A DNA stretch of 64,000 nucleotides from Planctomycetota bacterium (GTDB lineage Bacteria > Planctomycetota > GCA-002687715 > CAIWVZ01): the NCBI GenBank assembly GCA_044222185.1, contig JBGANV010000003.1:416001-480000 (forward strand). The letters are read 5' to 3'. The notes under the pieces were generated by a model. That model saw only the letters and a program-made list of their open reading frames with translations, was not told the origin of the DNA and did not search any database. The stretch's first letter is position 1, and the number at the start of each line of letters is the position of its first letter. Both the position numbers and the translations under genes were made by a program. Positions 9,849 to 17,506 of this stretch are shown one piece after another.

Positions 9849-12800
9849 TCACGTCAGGGCGATCGCGAGGGCCTCGCTCGGCCGGACGGTCACGCGATCC
9901 GCGAGCGTGACGGACACGCGCCCCGCATCCGACGACACGGTCGCAGGGAGCGTGCGGTCGCCCAGACGCACGCTCACGGAGCTCACGACGCTGCCGATCG
10001 GCGGCTCGAGCACGATCGTCCGGAGGGCGACCGACCCCCAACGCACCAGGAGCGAGGCGGTCATGCCGGTCTTCGTGTGTTCCTGGGCGAACGTCCCGAA
10101 CCCTTCGGCGCAGACGAACGCCGCACGGAAGCGTTCGGGCGTGAGTTTCGGCGAGAACCCGATCCGTCCGCTCGGACCGTGGAACTCGAATCCACAGGCG
10201 GCGATGAACGTCCCGTAGCTCGCCATGGCCCGGGCGTAGTGGTTCGAGCACTCGACCTCGTTCCACGGGTTGCGCCGCGACGCGTCGTACCGATCGTGGA
10301 TCAAGCGCGTGACGGCCAGACCTTCGAGGACGAGCCCCTCGGAGATCATGTGCGCGGCGGCCTGGTGCTCGAACCCGCTCATGCACTCGTTGAAGTACCC
10401 GGCCGCCCACGCCTCGCCGCCCTTGCCCGTCGCCGCGGTCTCACCGCCCTTGGGCCACGTGCACATCAGCAGTCCACCCTCACCCGGCATGGCGTACCAC
10501 CGGCCGCCCTTCAGCGTCGCGTCGAATCGCTTGCGGTACGGACCGACGTCCGGTGCGACGCCGTAGCGATAGAGCGAGCGGAGGGCCGACACCGCCTCGC
10601 GCTTCGGCACGACGCGCGGCAGGCCAAGCTGGTGCGCCCAGAACTGCCCCAGGAGCTGATCGATGTGGCAGCCCGTTCCGGTGCTGTTCGCCTCGGGATG
10701 TTTCGCGTCCGTCAGGTGGATGAAGTAGTCGCCGTCGAAGAGTCGCTCCACCATGGCGCGCGATCCGCGATCGGCGCGATCCGAGCACCTGGAGGCGAAG
10801 GCTCCATTCCCCACCTCCGTCGCCATCGCCGCGGCAGCGCGCAGCGCCGCGATGAACAGGGAGCTGGTCCACGCGATCTGTCCCCACCACGTCGCGTCGA
10901 GCGTGTTGTATTGAGCGCCATCGAGCAGACCGTCGCCATCCGTATCGCGTTCGAGAAGGCACTCGACGGCACGCTTCACACGTGGCCAGGTCCTGCGAAG
11001 CATGGCATCGCTCGACGACATCTGGTGCTCCCGGAAGAACCGCAGGATGACGCCGGACTGCCCGTCGACGGCGAGGTCGTGGCCCGCTTCACCGCGGTAG
11101 TGCACGATGCCCGATGCGTCCTCGAACTCTGCGCCGAAATCCACGCGCTCACGAAGCGACCGCTCGAGCTGTGGAAACAGACGTCCGACGGCCTGCGCGT
11201 AGTGCCACACGTGCGTGCAGGTCCCGGGGCAGCAGTGCGTCCCCTCCCAGGCGTAGAACCGCCCGTCGTCGAAGAGGTGGCACGTGCTCGTGGCGAGCGT
11301 GGACGTGTTCGCCATCGTCCGGTCCAGGAACCAGTGAGGAAGTGTGGAGTCGTACCAGGTGTCGCGCCACAGCCGTGTGCGATGGGTGATCGCGTCCAGG
11401 TTCGTCACCACGTGGCGGACGACGGCGAACGCGTCCTCGAACGACGTGGCGTAGTGGCGCCGGCGTTTCCCGATGTCGGCGAGGAACGCCATCTCCGCAC
11501 GACGCGGGGTGGGAAAGTGCCACGCGAAGACGAACACGGCCTCGCCCACACCGCCCGCCGCGAGCTTGATCCGCCGGCTCGCAAACCCGGTGGAAGTCGC
11601 CGGGAACGGCGTACGCGCCTCGCGGGCCTCGCCGTCGCCGACCCGGGCGTGCACCGACGACGGGTCCCCGATGACGGCGACGGACATCGTTCCGAAGTCC
11701 GCGGCCGCGCGCAGGTCGAAGCCGCTGCGGGGCCTATCCGTCAGCACGAAGTCGTCGCAGCCGATGTTGCCCCACGGACCGGCGACGGCGTCGACGATCT
11801 GGATGATGGCGCTTCTTCCCGCGAGATCGCGAACGTCCCAGTCGAGGACACGCATGCGATTCTCGTCGCGTCCCGTCGCCGTTCGCACGACGACACCGTC
11901 GGACACGAGGTTCACGCAGGTCTTTCCGGGGTGATTCCCACCACCGATCCGAAAGCTCAGCCAATCGCGTTCGATGCGAAACGCGATGGACTCGAGCGCG
12001 CCCACGTGCGCGTCCCCGCGCGCGACGTCCTCACCGTTGCGCACCTCGTGCGAATTCACGAACCACTGGCCGGCACCTTCGAGTTCGCTCTGGTACCTGG
12101 CGACGTCCTGCTTCGTCCGCGGGGTCTTGCCGAATGCGGTGCCCGTGACGGTCCAACCCGCGTAGGTGCCGCTCTCGAAATCGGCGACGACGATGTCTGG
12201 GCGATCGGCCGATGGCCGCGCAGCGGGAGCGGGCTCGGCGGAACAGACGACGGCCGTGAAGTCTCTCTCCTCGCGGATCCGATCGACGCGCCAACCCCGG
12301 GACGGCTCGCCGCTTTCGAGGCACACGCCGTTCGAAAGGCGGGCGACGAGCTCCACGTCCACGGCGGTCTCCGATCGATTGCGCAACGTGTAGCGCATCA
12401 CCGTCGCCGGAACGGACGAGAACGTCACGTCCAGCGGTGACGTGGGAGAGAACGCCTCCAGATCCACGTCGATGGACGAGGCAGGATCGCGATACTCGAC
12501 GAGGCCCACGGGCCATTGGCCGCGGAACGTCACCTCCTGGAATCCACGAGCGTCGAGAGGTCGCTCACGCGCGCCAGCCTCCGTGATCACGCGCAGCACG
12601 ACGCCCTGCTCGATCGGTGACGCCGGCGCGGCGGGGTGCGCATAGAGCGGCCCGCTCGACGATCGCCAGGCCTCGTTCGGCAACGTGTTGAATACGTCCC
12701 AATGCCACAACCGGCCGTCCCCCGAGAGGTACACCTGCCCGCAGCAGATGCCGCCGATGGGCATCCCGATGAACTCCAGCTCGCGTCGCGACGAGCGGTA

Positions 12801-13052
12801 GGCTCGCGGCTCGCCGCGATCGAACAAGGCCTTCACCCAGGCGGGATCCCACTTCTTGTCGGCGGGGATCGGGAAGTCCTCGGCCGCATCGAAGGGCCCG
12901 GCGACGGCACCCTTGGGCCCCATCAGCGCGGAAATCGCCACGACGCCCGTCGCGGAGAGGAACGCGCGGCGCGATACCGTGGCATCCCGTGGTCCGCACC
13001 CGCATCCGCTTCCGCACCCCTCGCTCGCGCTCGATCGCGTGTCGTCGCTCAT
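9849..13052 (-). CDS. Tat-exported glycoside hydrolase family 116 with an inserted CBM-like domain
   Basis: Twin-arginine signal SRRAFL. GH116 N-terminal motif IGMPIGGICCG; catalytic-domain motifs WEG..CCPGTCTHVWHY, QYNTLD and RNPWNEVECSNHYARAMAS. Insert ADFESGTY.GW...GPWGNI. Confidence 0.9.
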   Translation of the reverse strand: MSDDTRSSASEGCGSGCGCGPRDATVSRRAFLSATGVVAISALMGPKGAVAGPFDAAEDFPIPADKKWDPAWVKALFDRGEPRAYRSSRRELEFIGMPIGGICCGQVYLSGDGRLWHWDVFNTLPNEAWRSSSGPLYAHPAAPASPIEQGVVLRVITEAGARERPLDARGFQEVTFRGQWPVGLVEYRDPASSIDVDLEAFSPTSPLDVTFSSVPATVMRYTLRNRSETAVDVELVARLSNGVCLESGEPSRGWRVDRIREERDFTAVVCSAEPAPAARPSADRPDIVVADFESGTYAGWTVTGTAFGKTPRTKQDVARYQSELEGAGQWFVNSHEVRNGEDVARGDAHVGALESIAFRIERDWLSFRIGGGNHPGKTCVNLVSDGVVVRTATGRDENRMRVLDWDVRDLAGRSAIIQIVDAVAGPWGNIGCDDFVLTDRPRSGFDLRAAADFGTMSVAVIGDPSSVHARVGDGEAREARTPFPATSTGFASRRIKLAAGGVGEAVFVFAWHFPTPRRAEMAFLADIGKRRRHYATSFEDAFAVVRHVVTNLDAITHRTRLWRDTWYDSTLPHWFLDRTMANTSTLATSTCHLFDDGRFYAWEGTHCCPGTCTHVWHYAQAVGRLFPQLERSLRERVDFGAEFEDASGIVHYRGEAGHDLAVDGQSGVILRFFREHQMSSSDAMLRRTWPRVKRAVECLLERDTDGDGLLDGAQYNTLDATWWGQIAWTSSLFIAALRAAAAMATEVGNGAFASRCSDRADRGSRAMVERLFDGDYFIHLTDAKHPEANSTGTGCHIDQLLGQFWAHQLGLPRVVPKREAVSALRSLYRYGVAPDVGPYRKRFDATLKGGRWYAMPGEGGLLMCTWPKGGETAATGKGGEAWAAGYFNECMSGFEHQAAAHMISEGLVLEGLAVTRLIHDRYDASRRNPWNEVECSNHYARAMASYGTFIAACGFEFHGPSGRIGFSPKLTPERFRAAFVCAEGFGTFAQEHTKTGMTASLLVRWGSVALRTIVLEPPIGSVVSSVSVRLGDRTLPATVSSDAGRVSVTLADRVTVRPSEALAIALT

Positions 13053-13128
13053 CGCTGCGAGCTTATCCGCAAACCGGCTCCGCGCGCGTGACGTTCGCGG
13101 CGGACGATCCGTTCCCTCGGTTCACCTC

Positions 13129-15264
13129 ATGACGAACCTCACCCGAGTCGCCGTCGCCGCGTGCTTCGTGATCACTTCCAGCGTTGCGCAGACGCCGCTG
13201 CGACCGCCCGCCGTCCCGCTGATCTGCCACGATCCGTACTTCAGCATCTGGTCGGCGGCGGATCGGCTGACGGACGCCTGGCCCGTGCATTGGACCGGGC
13301 ATCCCCATGCCATGCAGTGCCTCCTGCGCATCGAGCGTGCGGGCGAAACGGCGAGCGTCTTCCGCCTGATCGGCCCCAAGCCGGCGGAGGTTCCGCCCCT
13401 GCCGCAGCTTGGGCTCGAGGTCCGCCCCACGACGACCGTCTACCGGTTCGGCAACGAGGACGTTCACGTGACGCTCTCGTTCTGCTCGCCGGCGCTGCCG
13501 TCGGACCTGGATCTCTACTCGCGACCGGCGAGCTACGTGACCTGGGACGTGGCGATCCCCCGCGGCGCGCCCGCGGACGTGACGATCCGCTTCGATCTCG
13601 TCGGAGAGGTCGCCGTCGACGATCCCGGCCAGGACGTGACCTGGTCGGTGGACGCGACACCGATGACGAAGCTGCTCTTGGCGCGCATCGGAAGCCGCGA
13701 GCAGGCCGTCCTCGAGAAGGTGGGAGACGATCGGCGCATCGACTGGGGCTGGGCGTTCGTCGCGACGGCTCCGGGCGACGGGCGCTCGATCGAGGTGCTT
13801 CCCGCCGACGAGACGCGCGCGGCGTTCGCCGCGGGCAAGGCGTCGCCGACGTTCGAGGCCATGGGTCCCCGGCGTGCGAGCGACCGCTGGCCCGCGATCA
13901 CGGCGACGCTTCCGCTCCGCAGCGTCCGCGCGGACGCCCGCTCGACGTTCGTCGTCGTCGCCTACGACGACGAGTGGAGCCTGCGGTACTTCGACGCCAG
14001 ACTGCGTCCCTACTGGCGACGCGGCGGCGCGGACGCTCCCGCCATGCTCGCGGCTGCCGTCGCCGATCGGGAGAAGGTTCTCGCCGCTGCCAGTGCGTTC
14101 GATCGCGATCTCGTTGCCGAGCTCACGCGCATCGGCGGATCGCAGTACGCGGCCCTCGCTTCACTCGCCTATCGCCAGGCGGTCGCCGGCAACAAGCTCG
14201 TGGCCGACGCCAACGGAAAGCCACTCCTGTTCCCCAAGGAGAACTTCAGCAACGGCTGCATCGGGACGGTCGACGTGATCTATCCCATGGCGCCGCTCTT
14301 CCTCGCGCAGAGCCCCGACCTGGCGCGAGCCATGCTGATTCCCGTGCTCGACTACGGCGCGAGTTCGCGCTGGAAGTTCCCGTTCGCGCCGCACGATCTG
14401 GGGACCTACCCGCACGCGACCGGTCAGGTGTACGGCGGCGGCGAGAAGACCGCCGAGAACCAGATGCCCGTGGAGGAGTCGGCCAATCTCATCCTCCTCG
14501 TGGCCGCGGCGAGTCGGGCGGACGGTTCGAAGGACCTCATCGCGAAGTATGCGTCGACGCTCGCTCGCTGGGCGGATTACCTGCGGCAGAAGGGCTACGA
14601 CCCCGAGAACCAGCTCTGCACCGACGACTTCACGGGGCACCTTGCGCACAACGTGAACCTCTCGGCGAAGGCGATCCTGGCGCTCGGGGCCTACGCCTGG
14701 ATCCTCGATCGACGCGGCGATGGTGCCGGCGCCAGGGCGTGGCGCGAGTCAGCCGAGACGTTCGCCGCGCGCTGGGTGAAGGAGGCGGATGACGGCGAGA
14801 AGACGCGGCTCGCATTCGATCGCCCCGGCAGCTGGAGCCAGAAGTACAACCTCGTGTGGGACGACGTGCTGTCGCTCGGGCTCTTCCCCGCGGCCATCAA
14901 GGCTCGCGAGGTGGCGTGGTATCGCAAGGTCCAGCAGCCGTACGGCCTTCCTCTCGACGACCGCGCCGACTTCACGAAGACGGATTGGACGCACTGGTCG
15001 GCGCTGCTCTCGGGCGATCGCTCGGACTTCGAGGCGCTGATCGCGCCGCTTCACCGCCTGATGAACGAAACCCCGGATCGCGTCCCCCTCTGCGACTGGA
15101 TGAAGACGAAGGAGCCGCGAAAGATCAACATGATCGCCCGGCCCGTCGTCGGCGGGTACTTCATGCCGCTCCTGCGCGACGCGGCGGCCTGGAAGCGCTG
15201 GTCAGCGCGGGGGTCGAAGGTCGCCGGCGGCGCGGCGACCTGGGCGCCGATCCCGATCCGTTAG
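13129..15264 (+). CDS. Secreted GtaA glutaminase-like protein (DUF4964/DUF5127/DUF4965/DUF1793)
   Basis: Signal peptide SSVA|Q. Motifs LRPPAVPLI.HDPYFSIWS, KENFSNGCIGTVDV, PHDLGTYP, QMPVEE, QLCTDDFTGHL, WSQKYNLVWD and ARPVVGG. Confidence 0.9.
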   Translation: MTNLTRVAVAACFVITSSVAQTPLRPPAVPLICHDPYFSIWSAADRLTDAWPVHWTGHPHAMQCLLRIERAGETASVFRLIGPKPAEVPPLPQLGLEVRPTTTVYRFGNEDVHVTLSFCSPALPSDLDLYSRPASYVTWDVAIPRGAPADVTIRFDLVGEVAVDDPGQDVTWSVDATPMTKLLLARIGSREQAVLEKVGDDRRIDWGWAFVATAPGDGRSIEVLPADETRAAFAAGKASPTFEAMGPRRASDRWPAITATLPLRSVRADARSTFVVVAYDDEWSLRYFDARLRPYWRRGGADAPAMLAAAVADREKVLAAASAFDRDLVAELTRIGGSQYAALASLAYRQAVAGNKLVADANGKPLLFPKENFSNGCIGTVDVIYPMAPLFLAQSPDLARAMLIPVLDYGASSRWKFPFAPHDLGTYPHATGQVYGGGEKTAENQMPVEESANLILLVAAASRADGSKDLIAKYASTLARWADYLRQKGYDPENQLCTDDFTGHLAHNVNLSAKAILALGAYAWILDRRGDGAGARAWRESAETFAARWVKEADDGEKTRLAFDRPGSWSQKYNLVWDDVLSLGLFPAAIKAREVAWYRKVQQPYGLPLDDRADFTKTDWTHWSALLSGDRSDFEALIAPLHRLMNETPDRVPLCDWMKTKEPRKINMIARPVVGGYFMPLLRDAAAWKRWSARGSKVAGGAATWAPIPIR

Positions 15265-15321
15265 TGGTCCGCGTGCGAACATGAGCGAGAACGCGATGCC
15301 CGCCACAGCCATGAGAATGCC

Positions 15322-15340
15322 GGCGCGGTCGACCCGCGCC
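15322..15340. terminator. Hairpin between convergent genes
   Basis: GGCGCGG-TCGAC-CCGCGCC, a 7-bp stem in the 107-bp gap between convergent stop codons. Confidence 0.3.
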
Positions 15341-15371
15341 AGGCCGTCGTCCACAGAGACGTGGCTTCGGT

Positions 15372-16697
15372 TCAGGGCACGAACGTGAACGGAGCGGCGG
15401 TGCTGATTCCACGAATCCCGAGTGAGGCTGCTGGATCGAGCGTCACCGCGACGGCGTAGGCCGTGATTCCCGCGAGCGCCGGGATGTTCGGGATCGTCAC
15501 GGTCGGCTTGGGCGACGCGATGCCAGCCCCGTCGAGAGCCGTGACCATGTCGGAGAACACGCCGTTGCCCGGAGTCAGCGACAGGTTCGTGATCGCATCG
15601 ATCGTGATCGGAACCGCGCGCCCGTCGCCGAGCGGGGTCGGGCCGGTGCCGAGCGTGAACGCACAGACCGCGGCGAGCCCAGGCGTCGCCGGGCAGAAGA
15701 CGTCGAGCGTGACCGTCGAGCCGATCGATGCCTGACGATCAGGCAGCAGGCCGACGAGATGGGCTGAAACGGGAACGATCTCGAGCCGATCGAACAGATA
15801 ATCGGCTTTCAGCGTGTTCGAGTCGATGTTCCCGAAGAAGAACGTCACGGTATCTGTGAGCGATGCAATGTTGAATGTGACCGGCGGGGTTTCGACCCAC
15901 TGATCGACCGTCTGGTTGGTGGAAAGCAGCGTCGTCTGGGTCGCGGTCGCGCCGACGGTGGCGCGAAGGTCGAGGTTCTCTGCGAAGGCGGCGCTTGTGA
16001 ACTTCTTCACGCGCACCTTGGCTGCGTAGGTGCCCGGCGGGAGGCTCAACGCTGGCGAGTCATACTCAAGCCACCAGACCTGGTTGAGGGTGTCGACGAC
16101 GCCCGAAAGCGCCTCAGGGCTCGGGACGTTGTCAGTGAAATAGGGAGCCGACCACGCATGCGTCCACTCCGTTGCGAGGCTCGACACCGCCGGCACGGGC
16201 CGGATCGTGAAGCTGTCGATGAGGTATCCCTCTTTGAATTGGCCGAGGGCCGTGTTCTCGAAGGTGAATTGGATCGGTGCCGTCGTCGGGGTCACGTCGA
16301 AGTACAGCGGCGGGGTTTCGACCCACTGGTTCATCGGCTGTCCGCTCGTCGGGAGCGTCACGGACAGTGGGACGCCGTCGACGATCGCGTTCAGATCCAG
16401 GGGCCACGTGCTGGAGGGCGCGAGGTACTTCTTGATGCGCACCGTGGCGGCGTAACGCCCAGGAAGCAACGGCGCTGGGGTGTGCCAGTATTGCAGCCAC
16501 GTGAGTCCGGTGCCGACGGGCACGTCATCGACGTACCCGAAATGGGATTCCGACGACGTCGTGGTGACGGCGTAGGGAGAACCCCAGACCTTGTTCCAGT
16601 TCATGGCGAGCGAGTTGGTGAATCCGGATTGCGCCGACGCCGGCGCCAAACAGAGGATGGTCGCGAGCAGAAACGAGCAGGACTTGGTTCGAAGCAT
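15372..16697 (-). CDS. Secreted protein with two tandem CBM-like beta-sandwich repeats and a C-terminal lineage-specific module
   Basis: ATG 16697 with AAAAGGAG RBS. Signal peptide PASA|Q. Two ~140-aa repeats (SLA..W...W..PY...WL.Y....L.PG.YAA.VR.KK...QWVETPP..F...K..YL.D...I.PV). C-terminal module ..TIPNIPALAGIT.YA. Confidence 0.85.
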   Translation of the reverse strand: MLRTKSCSFLLATILCLAPASAQSGFTNSLAMNWNKVWGSPYAVTTTSSESHFGYVDDVPVGTGLTWLQYWHTPAPLLPGRYAATVRIKKYLAPSSTWPLDLNAIVDGVPLSVTLPTSGQPMNQWVETPPLYFDVTPTTAPIQFTFENTALGQFKEGYLIDSFTIRPVPAVSSLATEWTHAWSAPYFTDNVPSPEALSGVVDTLNQVWWLEYDSPALSLPPGTYAAKVRVKKFTSAAFAENLDLRATVGATATQTTLLSTNQTVDQWVETPPVTFNIASLTDTVTFFFGNIDSNTLKADYLFDRLEIVPVSAHLVGLLPDRQASIGSTVTLDVFCPATPGLAAVCAFTLGTGPTPLGDGRAVPITIDAITNLSLTPGNGVFSDMVTALDGAGIASPKPTVTIPNIPALAGITAYAVAVTLDPAASLGIRGISTAAPFTFVP

Positions 16698-16817
16698 GAC
16701 GTCTCCTTTTTGGTGGATGGGCCGGATGTCCGGCGCTGACGTCAACAAGACCTGGGATTCGCGGACCTTACCGGAATCGTGAACTCGGGCAGAAAACGGC
16801 GTGTGGCCGGGTCGGAA

Positions 16818-17471
16818 TCAGCCTTCCGAGTCACCGAGTTCCTCAAAAACCGACCCGACAAGCGCGCTCCGCAGCCGCGAGAGAGCGCGGTGGTACCGCA
16901 CGTTCACGGCGTTCTCCGTGATGCCGAGCACGACGCCTACCTCGGACGCCGGATGGGCCTCGATCGCGCGAAGGATGATGATTTCGCGATCCTTGTCGTC
17001 GAGGGCCTGAAGCTGACGCCAGACCTCGCTTTTCCGCTCCTCACGGACGGCGTGACTGACCGCGCCCGTCACGTCTGCCGACAGCTGACTCAGGCCGGCG
17101 GCGGAGGTTTCGTGGCCCGGCGTCGTCTCGGTTCGTCGTTCGCGGATCCAGCGATCCTGAAGCCGGTGGATCCGATGAAGGAGCGCCGTCGCAAGGTAGG
17201 CCAGGATCGCACGCGAGTACGACCCGCCTGAGGGCGTGAGGCTCCCGAGGTTGGGGAGACACGCGAGCCAGACGTCGTTGACGAGATCTTCTGGATCGAC
17301 GGCGCGCCGAAGCGATCGGCCGAGCCGATACTCGGCCTGCACGAGCAACAGCGGTGAGACCCTCCGAACGACCCAGTCGGCGCTCGTCGTGTCCCCCGCG
17401 AGTGCACGGCGCACCTGGACGGAGGTGTCGTCCTGCGGTTGGTCGGTGGCATCCGCCGGTGATCGCGACAT
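16818..17471 (-). CDS. ECF RNA polymerase sigma factor (kinase-associated type)
   Basis: Sigma2 (PLLLVQAEYRLG..DPEDLVNDVW) and sigma4 (LDDKDREIIILRAIE...EVGVVLGITENAVNVRYHRALSRLR). Divergent from a Ser/Thr kinase gene. Confidence 0.92.
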   Translation of the reverse strand: MSRSPADATDQPQDDTSVQVRRALAGDTTSADWVVRRVSPLLLVQAEYRLGRSLRRAVDPEDLVNDVWLACLPNLGSLTPSGGSYSRAILAYLATALLHRIHRLQDRWIRERRTETTPGHETSAAGLSQLSADVTGAVSHAVREERKSEVWRQLQALDDKDREIIILRAIEAHPASEVGVVLGITENAVNVRYHRALSRLRSALVGSVFEELGDSEG

Positions 17472-17506
17472 GCCCGTATGATATCCGCGCCCGGCGGACG
17501 ACGGCC
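17472..17506. promoter_or_regulatory. Putative bidirectional promoter with overlapping -10 elements
   Basis: The 35-bp divergent gap holds TATGAT (+, 17477-17482) overlapping TATCAT (-, 17483-17478). The minus-strand hexamer lies 6 nt before the ECF ATG. Confidence 0.55.
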
